Source of the DNA: an uncultured Gammaproteobacteria bacterium
GTDB lineage: Bacteria > Pseudomonadota > Gammaproteobacteria > CAWCPV01
Reading direction: 5' to 3'
NCBI GenBank assembly: GCA_963797555.1
Contig: CAWCPV010000003.1
Span: 320,001 to 384,000, forward strand
DNA length: 64,000 nt
The translations under genes and the position numbers were made by a program. The notes under the pieces were generated by a model. That model worked only from the letters and a program-made list of their open reading frames with translations. It ran no database searches and was not told the origin of the DNA. Shown here one piece after another: positions 53,122-64,000 of the stretch. The number at the start of each line of letters is the position of its first letter. Position 1 is the first letter of the stretch.

Positions 53122-54066
53122 ATGGATGGCGAAAGACCGTTCCGAGTGTTTGTGAACCTGGCTATGCCGCTCGATCACGGAGCTGCGGCGGCCGACAAGG
53201 CACAATATCCGATTAGCCGAGAAAGCACCGCACATCTGGTCCGCTACGTGATACCGAACGGCGTTGACGGCGTGGTAATCGGGGACAGAGTCGAGCTGGG
53301 CAGGATGTCCTACGAAGAGCGAGAACTGTACTTTGCCCAGACCATTCAGGCGATAGACGGGGCGGCACCGACCTACCCGCTCGCCAGTTCCAGCTCGGAT
53401 GAAGGCGCAATCCGTCTGGTAAAGCTGGCGGGCCAGGCGGGCGCGACGGGAATCATCGCGTCCTTCCCGGGCACTCTTCCCAACAAAGGCAACCTCGCCG
53501 GGTACTTCCGCAGAATCATCGAGTCGGCAAGCCAGTTCGACCTGGAAGTGTTCCTCGCTGAGGAGCCTCGCGGGGAAAGTATCACTTCCGAGCTTATCGA
53601 TGAGCTGGGATACCGTGGCATTAACGGCATTGTATGGTCTCGTTATGACACCCTTGATCTCGACACGATACGTATCGAAAAGCCTGACCAGTGTCTGATC
53701 TTCGCCAGGAATGACTATGTCGGCCGGGAGCTGGGCAACGATATAGATGGCGTGATCTCGGATCTCGCAAACATCGATCCCATCGGGATCGGCTATTTCT
53801 TCAGGCTGTTGCGGGAAGAAAAACATCTGACGAAAAAGCTGGGGCAGGTGTGGGCGAGATACATGCCCTTGCTGCGGCTTATGAGAAACGACAGGATCAT
53901 GGTCAGAGCTTCTATCGACAACGCTCTCGCTCATACGTTTCCAGAGGGTTTTCCCGTCTTCTCACTGCGTCCCCAGGGCAAGCTGAACCCCGCTCAGGAG
54001 AGGCAGCTTCGATCAGCCCTGGAGCAGCTCAGGGCAATAGAGGACCGGCACCTGTCGGCACATTGA
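53122..54066 (+). CDS. DapA/DHDPS-fold protein lacking canonical catalytic motifs
   Basis: NGVDGVV, MSYEER, AIRLVKLAGQAGATGI, YFRRI and DGVISDLAN segments. Confidence 0.7.
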   Translation: MDGERPFRVFVNLAMPLDHGAAAADKAQYPISRESTAHLVRYVIPNGVDGVVIGDRVELGRMSYEERELYFAQTIQAIDGAAPTYPLASSSSDEGAIRLVKLAGQAGATGIIASFPGTLPNKGNLAGYFRRIIESASQFDLEVFLAEEPRGESITSELIDELGYRGINGIVWSRYDTLDLDTIRIEKPDQCLIFARNDYVGRELGNDIDGVISDLANIDPIGIGYFFRLLREEKHLTKKLGQVWARYMPLLRLMRNDRIMVRASIDNALAHTFPEGFPVFSLRPQGKLNPAQERQLRSALEQLRAIEDRHLSAH

Positions 54067-54273
54067 CCGTTCCCCTCCGCGAAGTCCATTCCCCTCCCGA
54101 CACCAAGTCGATGCATGCCGAGATCGACCGTTCATCGCGATCTGCCAGGCTTCGCACGTCCGCCAGAGGCGAGATGAGGACCTCGATAAGAAGCTCGGAG
54201 CTGACGTCCTCTGAACCCGGAGGGAGCTTGGTGACGGCATGGATCAGAGAGGGCGTCCTGGGGGACATCATCC

Positions 54274-55465
54274 CTAATCCGTTGGGGGCCGAGGCGCAGT
54301 CACGCCCGGTCCTTGCTCGATCAGCCGGCGGTAGAGGTCCAGCATGCGCCGCGCGCAGGCTCCAGCCGACCAGCGCTCGGCATAGCGCCTGCCCGCAGCC
54401 GACAGCTCGCGACGCAGGGCGCCGTCGCAGAGGACTCGCAGGACCTTGTCCGCGAAGTCACCGACGTCTTCCTGGGCGATGACGGCGCCTTCGCCTTCGC
54501 GCAAGACATCCCCGGTACCCATCACGGCCGTTGAGACGACAGGCACCCCCAAGGCCATCGCTTCCAGCAGAACGAGGCCCTGCGTTTCCGTTCGCGAGGC
54601 AAAGACAAAGGCATCGGCGGCACAGTAACAGTCCATGAGGGGACCATTGCGTGAGAGGTAGCCCACGAAGATCGTGTTTTCCTGCAGCCGCAGGTGGGCC
54701 GCTCGCTGCTCCAGAGCCCGCCGTGCGGGGCCTTCCCCCGCGATGATGAGGAGCACCTCCGGCAACGTCTGGCGCACGCGGGTTAGCACGTCCAGCAGAA
54801 AGCCGATGTTCTTCTCGAAGGCAACGCGGCCGATGACAGCGACAGTCGGGCGGTCGGTCCGGATATCGTGCCGACGTTCGAAACTCGGCGCCGTTGCGGG
54901 CACCGAACTGACTGAGATCAATGCCGGTCGGAATCACCTCCAAGTGCGCGGTCCTCACGCCGTAGCTCGCGAGCCGGTCGCGCATGGCTTGGGAGGGCAC
55001 CACAACCGCGTCCGCGCGACTGCACTGTCTTCGCGACAAGCTCCGCACAGCTCGCCGCAGTGCGAAGGCCGGCACGAACGGCGCATAGTGCTGCAGATAT
55101 TCTTCGAAAAGAGTGTGGTACGTCTCGACGACGGGAACCCCCAGCCGCCGCGCCAAGCGGATACCCGCATAATGCGCAATGAACGGCGTCTGTATGTGCA
55201 GGATATCGAAGCGCTGCCGCTCGAGCTGCAAAGCCAACGCTCCGACCGACCGAGCCTGCATCATGCGATCCTCGGGGTCTGCGAAGACGTGCCGGGAGCG
55301 GATGCGAATGACGCCGGCTTCCTTAGCCGGGGATTGTCCGTACTCTGGGGCAATCAGGATGACCTCGTGCCCCTCCTTCTGGAACTCCCGCCGGAACGTC
55401 TGTATCGACGTGGAGACCCCGTTGACGCGGGGAAAATACACATCGGACACCATGAGAATGCGCAC
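54274..55465 (-). CDS. GT4 glycosyltransferase (one frameshift ~54880)
   Basis: SDVYFPRVNGV, HIQTPF and ETQGLVLLEAMA motifs. Confidence 0.9.
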
Positions 55466-55823
55466 GAGGGACTCCGTCCGGGGACGCCGGCAGGCTGCTC
55501 TCACCGCCATTCCGCCTGCCGTAGGCCGCTGCGCCGATGGCCAAGGGTTCGTGGCACAGCTCACGGGCGAAGTTGACCTCCGACGCGGCCACCATGGTCC
55601 TGCAGAAGTGTTACAAAATCGTGACGGGGACGATGGCCGCCCGGATATGCGCCCTGACGCCTCCGAACCATGCCCCTGGGTCCATTCGGCTCCCGTCTCG
55701 TCGACGAACGGCTTTGGTGCCGTCCTCGCGGACTCGATGACCCCGACGAGTACGGCTTGGAGCTGGCCGAGCGCACGCCGCCTGTCCTCGACCGCGAGTC
55801 GCGCTCAGCCTCCGCGGTCTGTC

Positions 55824-58112
55824 CTACGTCGCGGCTCTGGCCTCGGCGGCCATCTGCGCGTCGACTACTGCCAGCGCAGTCATATTGACCACGCCGCGCA
55901 CCGTCACCGAGGGCGTGAGCACGTGGGCCGGTAGCGCCACGCCCATGAGGATCGGCCCCACGGCGATGCCCTCGCCCAGCACCTTGACCAGATTGAAGGC
56001 GATGTTGGCGGCATCCAGGGTCGGGATGACCAGCAGGTTCGCCGCCCCCTTCAGGCGCGAATTGGGGAAGATGCGAGCGCGGATTTCCTCGGAGAGCGCG
56101 GCATCGGCGTGCATCTCGCCCTCCGCCTCCAGTTCCGGCGCCCGCTCGCGCAGCAGCGCTAATGCCTCGCGCATGCGCTGGGCCGAGTGCGTCACCCGGC
56201 TGCCGAAGTTGGAGTGGGAAAGCAGCGCCACCTTTGGCTCGATGCCGAAACGGCGCACCTCCTCGGCGGCGAGCAGCGTGGCCTCTGCCACCTGCTCGGC
56301 GCTGGGCTCGGGGCTGACGTAGGTGTCGCATAGGAAATAGGTGCCCTTGTCGAGGATGAGCATGTTCATCGCCGCCGGCACCCGGCAGCCAGGGCGCAGG
56401 CCAATGACATCGAGCACGTGCTGCAGGTGCTTCTCGTAACGCCCCGTCGTGCCGCAAATCATGGCATCGGCCTCGCCGCGACGTACCATCAGCGCGGCGA
56501 TGACCGTGTTGCGCGTATGCACCACCGTGCGGGCGTAGTCCGGGGACACGCCGTTGCGCTCCATGAGGCCGTGGTACAGGCGCCAGTACTCGGGGTAGCG
56601 AGGATCGTCCTGGGGGTCGACGAGATCGACGTCCTCGCCGAGGCGCAGCCGCAGTTCGAGCTCGACCAAGCGCTTGGCCACCACCTCGCGCCGGCCGACC
56701 AGGACGGGCCGCGCCAGAGCGTCGTCGAGGGCCACCTGCACCGCCTGCAGCACGCGCCGCTCCTCGCCCTCGGCGAACACAATGCGTTTCGGATCGCGGC
56801 GGGCGCGGTAGAACACCGGCTTCATGACGAGCCCGGAACGGAAGACGAACTGGTTGAGCCGTTCCCGATAGGCACCGAAATCGGCGATCGGGCGTGTCGC
56901 CACGCCGCTATCCATGGCTGCTTTGGCGACGGCAGGGGCGAGCTTGAGGATGAGGCGCGGGTCGAACGGCTTGGGGATAATGTAGTCCGGGCCGAAATGC
57001 AGGCTCTGCTCTCCGTAGGCCGCCTGCACCCGCTCGTCGGGCTCTGCCAATGCCAGCTCGGCGAGGGCGCGCACGGCAGCGAGCTTCATCTGCTCGTTGA
57101 TTGTCGTGGCGCCCACATCGAGGGCGCCCCGGAACATGTAGGGAAAGCACAGGACATTGTTGACCTGGTTGGGGTAATCCGAGCGCCCGCTGGCGATGAT
57201 GGCGTCGGGGCGCGCGGCGCGCGCCTGCTCGGGCAGGATCTCCGGCACCGGGTTAGCGAGCGCCAGGATCAGCGGCCGCCCGGCCATCGCCGTCACCATC
57301 GGCGGCTCGAGCACGCGCGGCCCCGAAAGACCGAGAAACACATCGGCGCCGACCATTGCCTCGGCCAGCGTGCGCGCCCGCGTGTCTTGGGCGTACCGCT
57401 CCTTGTAGCGGTCCATGCGCTCGGTGCGGCCCAGGTAGATGACGCCGGCGAGGTCGGTGGCGGTGATGTTTTCCTTACGCACGCCCAGGTTCACCAGCAG
57501 GTCGAGGCAGGCGAGCGCCGCCGCCCCTGCCCCGGCGGTAACCACTTTGACTTGGTCGATAGCCTTGCCGACCAGGCGCAGCCCATTGAGCACAGCAGCA
57601 CCGACGATGATGGCAGTGCCGTGCTGGTCGTCGTGAAACACCGGGATGCGCATGCGCTCGCGCAGGCAGCGCTCGACTTCGAAGCACTCAGGGGCCTTGA
57701 TGTCCTCGAGGTTGATGCCCCCGAAGGTTGGCTCCAGCGCCGCGACGATGTCGACCAGGCGCTGCGGGTCGGTCTCGGCGATCTCGATGTCGAACACGTC
57801 GATGCCGGCGAATTTCTTGAACAGGACAGCCTTGCCCTCCATCACCGGCTTCGCGGCGAGCGGACCGATGGCTCCGAGGCCCAGAACCGCGGTGCCGTTG
57901 GTCACCACCGCCACGAGGTTGCCGCGCGCTGTGAGGCCCGAAACCTCGGCGGGATCGGCCGCAATGACCTCGCAGGCGGCTGCAACGCCCGGGGAATAGG
58001 CGAGCGCCAAGTCCCGCTGGGTGGCCAGCGGTTTCGTCGCCACCACACCGATCTTGCCCGGCGTCGGGAAACGGTGGTACTCAAGCGCGCTGTCGCGCAA
58101 CTCGTCGGGCAT
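55824..58112 (-). CDS. maeB: NADP-dependent malic enzyme with PTA domain
   Basis: [33 protein letters not shown] and C-terminal PTA-like domain. Confidence 0.97.
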   Translation of the reverse strand: MPDELRDSALEYHRFPTPGKIGVVATKPLATQRDLALAYSPGVAAACEVIAADPAEVSGLTARGNLVAVVTNGTAVLGLGAIGPLAAKPVMEGKAVLFKKFAGIDVFDIEIAETDPQRLVDIVAALEPTFGGINLEDIKAPECFEVERCLRERMRIPVFHDDQHGTAIIVGAAVLNGLRLVGKAIDQVKVVTAGAGAAALACLDLLVNLGVRKENITATDLAGVIYLGRTERMDRYKERYAQDTRARTLAEAMVGADVFLGLSGPRVLEPPMVTAMAGRPLILALANPVPEILPEQARAARPDAIIASGRSDYPNQVNNVLCFPYMFRGALDVGATTINEQMKLAAVRALAELALAEPDERVQAAYGEQSLHFGPDYIIPKPFDPRLILKLAPAVAKAAMDSGVATRPIADFGAYRERLNQFVFRSGLVMKPVFYRARRDPKRIVFAEGEERRVLQAVQVALDDALARPVLVGRREVVAKRLVELELRLRLGEDVDLVDPQDDPRYPEYWRLYHGLMERNGVSPDYARTVVHTRNTVIAALMVRRGEADAMICGTTGRYEKHLQHVLDVIGLRPGCRVPAAMNMLILDKGTYFLCDTYVSPEPSAEQVAEATLLAAEEVRRFGIEPKVALLSHSNFGSRVTHSAQRMREALALLRERAPELEAEGEMHADAALSEEIRARIFPNSRLKGAANLLVIPTLDAANIAFNLVKVLGEGIAVGPILMGVALPAHVLTPSVTVRGVVNMTALAVVDAQMAAEARAAT

Positions 58113-59003
58113 TCGTTGCTCCCGGCCAATGCGTTCCGGCCGCCACGGGCGCGCCGCGGACGAATCCGTCATCCTGGGGATAAGGGATGACAGGGCCAAC
58201 CCCGCTACCAATGCTGAATCTTCGGGCTGAGGAGGCAGACCCGTCAAGCTCCCGCTCGGCGGGAGGATGCAGGACCGCAGCGTCGGCAACGACCGGTGGC
58301 CGCTTCCGCTGGCAGGCCGGTCCCCGCTTCTATCGGACGAAGATCCGGCGGAGACGTACAGACCACCGCCTGGAGCTGGTTGCGTCGCACACCCACTCAG
58401 CGGGCCTGTTGGCAGCAAGGCCGACAGGGCAACCGACGTGGACCGCACACGCCCGACCGTGCCGCCATAGAGCCTGAACTGCACTGCCCTGCTCTACAGG
58501 CGCGCGAGGGGGCGGAGTGTCGCTCTAGTCGCGCCGCACGTCGTGCTGCACTCCTTCGGCCATCTCTCTCAGAGTAAAGCGCGGCCAACTTTCGGCGCCG
58601 CCTTTCTGGAAGACCTCGCCGAAAGGGTACGGGCAAGCGGCTTCGCCGCCTGCCTGACCCCGTTCGGTTACACTTGCGAGTGGGAGCTGTGCGTGTTCGG
58701 AAAGTCCATAGCCAAAGTTTTCAAGGCGCTCTGAGCAACTCCCTCCTCGGCACATCGCGCTGACAGCGCTGGCACCGTTACGGTGCGCGCTGAGGCTTCA
58801 AGAAGCATGATGACGAAGGCTGTTACACAGCCCGTCTCTATGCATCGCAGGCAGTAGGGCGCGTGATATGGGATACTGGCGCACGTGCTGCTGGTGAGCG
58901 GGCTGTGCGCGTGGGGGGCCCGCACGGGGCTGCTTTAGCGGCGGCGGACGCGGCGTCACTATAACCTGTACGTCATGAGCTTTGCGTTTCGGCTGGAGGC
59001 GCC

Positions 59004-60617
59004 GTGAGGCGCTACGCCTTGCTGGTGGGGGTCGATGCCTATGCAGATCGCACCATCCCGCCGCTGCGTTTTGCCGAGCGCGATGCGCAGGCGCTGGCGC
59101 GGGTGCTCGCCGAGCGGTACGGATTCGAGGTTCGGTGCCTGGTGGGGGAGCAGGCGCGGCGCGAGGTGATTATCAAGGTATTACGGACAGGGCGACTCTC
59201 GGAGAGTGTCGCTCCCATGGAGTCCAGCGATCAGTTTCTGTTCTTCTTCGCCGGGCACGGCGAGCTGGTGGGTAGCGACTATATTCTGCATCCATGGGAT
59301 GGCGATGCGGGGATCGACTTGCAGTCGATCACCATGAAGGCGATCCGCCGTCTACTGGGCCGCGACGTGCCGTGCGGGGAGTGCATGTGCATCCTGGATG
59401 CCTGCCGCAATCTGGCGCCGGCGGGGGCGCGGGGCGGACAGGCGCTCGACGCGCAGTCGGCGCGCGATATTGCGGCGGTGCCGCAGGCGGCGCCGGGCAA
59501 GCTCATCGAAGTGCTCTACGGCTGCCAGGAGGGGGGCCGCAGTTGGGAGGATGAGCGGCTCGGGCATGGGGTACTGAGCTACCATCTGCAGCAGGTGCTG
59601 GAGGGTTCCCCGCCGGGATCGTTCGAGGAACTGGCCGACCAGGTGAGCGATGCCATGAGCGGCTGGCGCCACGGGCAGTTCCAGCGGGTCGGGCAGGTGC
59701 CGCATCTCTACCCCCGACCCGGCCCTGGATTTCCCACAGCGCCTCACCCGTGCCCATATCGAACAGCGCCACCGACCCCCCCGACAATCACGCGGTCCTC
59801 CGCGGTCAGGATTACCTGCCGGATGACGCCCCGTCCAAACTGCCGCACCATACCTTGTTCGACAAGGCCCGGCGAGACCCACACCCGCGGCCGGATCACC
59901 ACCTCCAGGCGGATACGCCGCCGTGTGGGCCGACGGGCTGCGCGGTGAGCCCCGACGGTACGCTGGTGGCGGTGGGTGAAGGTACGGAGGTGCAGCTTTG
60001 GCATCCGGCCCGCGGCGAGCTGACGGCGCGCCTTCGGGGGCACCACGGCGGGGTGGAGAGTGTCGCCTTCAGCCCCGACGGACGGCTCGTGGCATCGGGC
60101 AGTTATGATCACACGGTGCGGCTGTGGGAGGTGGCAAGCGGCAAGGAGCCGAAGTGCCTTCACGGGCACGATGACTCAGTGGGGAGCATCGCCTTCAGCC
60201 CGGGTAAAGAGTGTGGCCGTCAGCCCCGACGGGCGGTGGCTCGCCTGGGCCGGGTACAGGACCGTGCGGCTGTGGGACTTGGCCAACGGCAGGGAGCTGA
60301 AGCGCCTTCAGGGGTATGACGGCTTGGTGGATAGTGTCGCCTTCAGCCCCGATGGGCGGCTGCTGGCCTTGGGCGGGCCTGACTGGACGGTGCGGCTGTA
60401 CGAGATAGCCAGCGGGAAGGAGCTGAAGCGCCTGCAGGGGCACGGTGGCGCGATCAGGAGGATAGCCATGAGCCTGGACGGGCGGCTGATGGCTTCGGGT
60501 AGCTACGACGGCACCATTCGGCTCTGGAAGACGGAGATCGCCAGCAGCGTGACGAAAGGGACCGCGGCTGAAGCGCAAGACGCTGCCGCGGCAGGGTTAG
60601 GCCAGAGTCCGCGCTAA
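59004..60617 (+). CDS. Caspase-like (C14) protease plus WD40 repeats, broken by frameshifts and an inversion
   Basis: YALLVGV, FFFAGHG and ILDACR dyad; GH...V.SVAFSPDG...SGSYD.TVRLW repeats. Confidence 0.85.
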
Positions 60618-60618
60618 C

Positions 60619-60822
60619 ATGGATTGGCTGAAGTGGCTGGAGCTTCTTATCTGGACGATCCTTGTCCTCGGTATCCTGCGATGGGTATGCGACCGGCTGA
60701 TAGGCAGCGAAGCCTGCGACCAGACGGTCGGGCAGCTCGCTGCCGACTTCATCAAGTTCGTTCTGTTGGTCCCTTTCCGGCTGCTGCGCTGGATATTGCG
60801 TCAAGCAAGAAACGACAGGTGA
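60619..60822 (+). CDS. Small membrane protein
   Basis: Two hydrophobic segments; tightly coupled to both neighbours. Confidence 0.6.
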   Translation: MDWLKWLELLIWTILVLGILRWVCDRLIGSEACDQTVGQLAADFIKFVLLVPFRLLRWILRQARNDR

Positions 60823-62150
60823 GTTCGGTGCCCGACGAGTTCGAATCCAGGTACGTACGGCTGCTTGCCGAAAGAGGCCGCGACGTCGAGGGGAGACCGA
60901 TCGGTGCCGGCACGCCGGTAGTGGCACATCCTGTGGCTCCCGATGAATTCATGCAGGACACCCCGGAGACCCGCGCGACATTCGTGGAGAAGGGTTACGC
61001 CTGGACGTCGGCGACGCTCGAGCGCGTGATCGCGCAGGCCATCAGCCAAGACCACGAACTCGAGGACGTCTTGGATAACGCACAGGGAGCCAAGCAAGAG
61101 TTCGTCGGCAACATCGACGCCAATCTCGCGGGCGCCAAGGGGCAGCCGTTTCCGGAGTCGCACGTTTCTCTGTGGTCCTACGTGCTGCCATGGCAGCCGG
61201 AGATTACCTCTGTGGTCTCGCTGGGCACCCTGACGGAAACCGTGCTGCACGGGACGTGCAAAGAGCTGTGCGTCCCGGTCCAGGTGGAGCGCGCGGGCGT
61301 TTTCGCCGCAAGCATCACAAAGACGAACGAGGTGAGAATCTACGGGGTTCGGGGGGGGCGGGGCCTGTGGGTGCATGTCGTTTCGGGATTTGTGACACCG
61401 CTAACCTACCTGAGCGGGGGCAGAATCGGCGTGAAAGCGCCGGACGCGGCGGTCGTCGAAGTGTTGCGTGACAGCTATCTCGCGTGGGCGAAGGCTCGCC
61501 CGCCTCGTGGAAGGCACCCGCAGTACACTTACTTCACTCTCGGGAGCCTGCTGCACGGGGATTCGCAGACGATGGGAAGCCGAAGCGGGCGGGACTGCGT
61601 ACTCTATTCTTACTATCATAGGGGAGGCGAGTGGGCACCCGGTAACCCGCCGTCGACTTCCGAACCCCCTTCGGTGCAGGATTTCATCGACCGTCTCCTG
61701 CCAGAGACCGCGGACCGTCGAACGTCCAAGATCAAGGCGCTCATCGACACGCAAATCGGAGAGCAGTGGGGCAGCGTCACCGTGAACAAGGTGGCACGGG
61801 CGACCGGGTACCTCCCCAGAGCCGTCCGTAATGCGCTGCTGCGTCTGCAGCGGGAGGGGCCCTATCACCTGTACATGGCCGGAAGGGAACTGGCGGTCCG
61901 CGCGGCGGTGCCGGGCGAACGGGCTGACATCACAGAGAACACGTTCGAGCGTGGGTGGCTGCGTAGTCATGCCTGGTCCATGCTAAGCATGGCGCTAGGC
62001 GTCGGTGCTTGGGCCCTCAAGGGCATCTTCATGGGCGTCGGGATTCACGCCTATGACCTAGTGCTCGTGGGGGCCGTTGTTTACGTTGCGAACCTTATCG
62101 GTTTGGCGGTCAAGCAACGGGCATTGGATGACCGGGAGCGTGCGTCATGA
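60819..62150 (+). CDS. Hypothetical protein with a possible winged helix and two C-terminal TM helices
   Basis: GTGA overlap start; VTVNKVARATGYLPRAVRNALLRLQREG; hydrophobic tail. Confidence 0.7.
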   Translation: MSSVPDEFESRYVRLLAERGRDVEGRPIGAGTPVVAHPVAPDEFMQDTPETRATFVEKGYAWTSATLERVIAQAISQDHELEDVLDNAQGAKQEFVGNIDANLAGAKGQPFPESHVSLWSYVLPWQPEITSVVSLGTLTETVLHGTCKELCVPVQVERAGVFAASITKTNEVRIYGVRGGRGLWVHVVSGFVTPLTYLSGGRIGVKAPDAAVVEVLRDSYLAWAKARPPRGRHPQYTYFTLGSLLHGDSQTMGSRSGRDCVLYSYYHRGGEWAPGNPPSTSEPPSVQDFIDRLLPETADRRTSKIKALIDTQIGEQWGSVTVNKVARATGYLPRAVRNALLRLQREGPYHLYMAGRELAVRAAVPGERADITENTFERGWLRSHAWSMLSMALGVGAWALKGIFMGVGIHAYDLVLVGAVVYVANLIGLAVKQRALDDRERAS

Positions 62151-62765
62151 GCAGACATGGGCTCGGCGAGCAACTGTACGTGCTGATCGGGAAGCTGGGT
62201 CAATGGCTCAGGCTCCGGCCTGCGGAGATGGATCGGCTCATGCGTCTCCGTGCTCGGGTGACGGAATCGCTGGCCGCAAATCAGGATCGGCTCGACGTGC
62301 TCAAAGAGGAGATAAGCAGCATCGAGAAGCGGCTGTTACGTCTAAAGGGTGATCTGAGATCGCGCCCGCGGTGAGACCAAGGAAATCATCGGGCGCGAGG
62401 TCGCGCTGTCGTTCCAGTCCCTTGATGGTACGCGCCCTCGACAGGACATCATTATCCAGAATATTGCGGCGCTCACGGCGACCCTGCGCAAGATCGACGA
62501 AGCCATCGATGCGCAGCACCGTGGGGTGAGCGAGTTGGACCTGGACGACCTGAGTTTCGAGGTCGAAGACCGCTTCGTCGAGGTCCAGCGCCGCGACGTT
62601 GCGCTGCGCGATCTCATCAAGGTTCGGTATTCCCCGCCTGCCGCAGAGGCTCTCAACGTCGCCGGTCGGCTTGCCGAACTGGAGGGCGCCGAGACGAACA
62701 GTGTTCCCGAAGGATTGTCCGCCGCCACGCAGAAGAGGCTTCGCGAACTGGATGCGGAGGATTAG
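62147..62765 (+). CDS. Coiled-coil protein, ESCRT-III/Snf7/PspA-like (frameshift ~62360)
   Basis: Basic helical N-half, acidic C-half (GVSELDLDDLSFEVED), terminal QKRLRELD. Confidence 0.55.
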
Positions 62766-62908
62766 GGTGATCGTGGTGCAGCTACCCAATGAATCGTGGG
62801 GGGCCGGACCCCGGTACTCGACTCCGTGTCGCGCGAGGGGTCCAAGCGCAGACAGCGTGATTCAGTTCCGGGGCCGCGTCGTGCGCGGGCTATGCGAGGA
62901 GATCGAGA

Positions 62909-63938
62909 ATGACCTTCTTTGACCTTTTCAAGTCTCAAAAAGATCGGGACCGGGACAGGGAGAAGCGTGGAACGTTATCTCGAAGATGCGTACGGACTCA
63001 TCGAGATAGCCGAAGAGCTCCGGGTCAAGGCTCGCGCCAAGCCGGCGCTGGTCCACGAAACCCATTACGCGGACGACGAGTCGTCCTCGCGCTGGGTGAT
63101 CGAGCAAAGACCCGAAACGAGGCTGGATGACGTCGCCGGATTGGAAGAAGTCAAAGAGGTCGTGCGCGATACGATCATCCTTCCCCTGCGCAAACCGGAT
63201 GTCTACGAGCGTTTTCGCGTGAGACCGGGCGGCGGTGTTCTCATGTATGGACCGCCGGGGAACGGAAAGACCTATATTGCCCGGGCTATCGCCGGTGAGC
63301 TGGACGCAGCCTTCATTGCCGTCGACCTTGCCGCCGTGAAGAGCAAATACGTCGGGGACACGGCCAAGAACCTGAGGAGCATTTTCGACGAAGCTCTCCG
63401 GCACGACAGCGCGGTCATCTTCCTCGACGAGGTGGACGCCCTGTTGTCTCGCCGGGGTAACCGTCGGGTCGATTCTGTACCCCAGTTCCTCATGCTGACC
63501 GACGGGCTGGTCAAGACCGAGCGGTGTTTGTTGCTGCTCGGAGCGACCAACCAGCCATGGACCCTGGACGATGCCGTCCTCCGTCCGGGGCGCCTGGGTA
63601 TCCATCTCTATGTCGGGCCGCCTGACGCCGAGGCGAGAGAGGGAATCCTTGCCATTCACATGAGGGGGGCTCCGATGGCGGAGGACGTGTCCTTTCCCGA
63701 TATTGCCTCCAAGACCGAAGGGTACAGTGGCGCCGACGTTGCTGCGGTGTGTCACTCCGCCAAGATGATGGCAATCAAGCGGCAGATCGCTACCGGCAAC
63801 GACGAGCAGGTCACTCAGACCGATCTCCTCAAAGCTCTGGAAGTCATTGCCCCAAGCACGTCTCCCGCCTTGCTCGAGGATTTCGAGCGCTGGCGGAAAC
63901 TGCGTGCCCGGCCCAGTGAGGACGACGAGCAGGACTGA
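62909..63938 (+). CDS. Single-cassette AAA+ ATPase, Vps4/CdvC-like (N-terminus disrupted)
   Basis: LDDVAGLEEVKE..ILP, GPPGNGKT, SKYVG, FLDEVD, GATNQPW.LD, GYSGAD and C-terminal helix. Confidence 0.85.
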
Positions 63939-64000
63939 CGGTTCGGGGCACGTGGGATCGCGCGGATCTGGACTGGTAGGCCCGATCGGGACGATCGCCC

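Noticed and set aside
56418-58190. Long antisense ORFs (also 3487..4650, 34352..35350, 37172..38050)
   Set aside because: Shadow frames of real genes in high-GC DNA
58112-58484. 124-aa N-terminal extension of maeB in the ORF track
   Set aside because: Low-complexity; family homology begins at [13 protein letters not shown] with a GGAG RBS

Overview
GC-rich, probably gammaproteobacterial window (uvrC-pgsA-tRNA-Gly-tRNA-Cys-tRNA-Leu synteny) in three zones. (1) 1-35.7 kb is a mobile-element hotspot. It holds many mostly broken IS elements and group II intron remnants, plus two related ~9.5-9.9 kb phage-satellite-like elements, E1 (4843-14712, in tRNA-Val) and E2 (24695-34181, in tRNA-Leu). Each has the order AlpA/Xis - Zn-finger - replication ATPase - palindrome cluster - lambda-like cos - small terminase - major capsid protein - two small ORFs - terminator - a cas-less mini-array of 28-bp type I-E-like CRISPR repeats with ~33-nt spacers. 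Several spacers are themselves 18-29 bp palindromes, and one spacer is homologous between the two elements. (2) 35.8-58.1 kb is mostly intact housekeeping and accessory genes (tRNAs, pgsA, uvrC, thioredoxins, a bufferin-type DUF692 RiPP cluster, ArnT/PAP2, YeeE, maeB). (3) 59-64 kb is an operon with a caspase-like/WD40 protein (containing an inverted ~200-bp segment), a membrane protein with a possible winged helix, an ESCRT-III/Snf7-like coiled-coil protein and a Vps4-like AAA+ ATPase, possibly continuing past the window edge. Many frameshifts in zones 1 and 3 could be decay or sequencing error. All family calls are by eye, without database searches.
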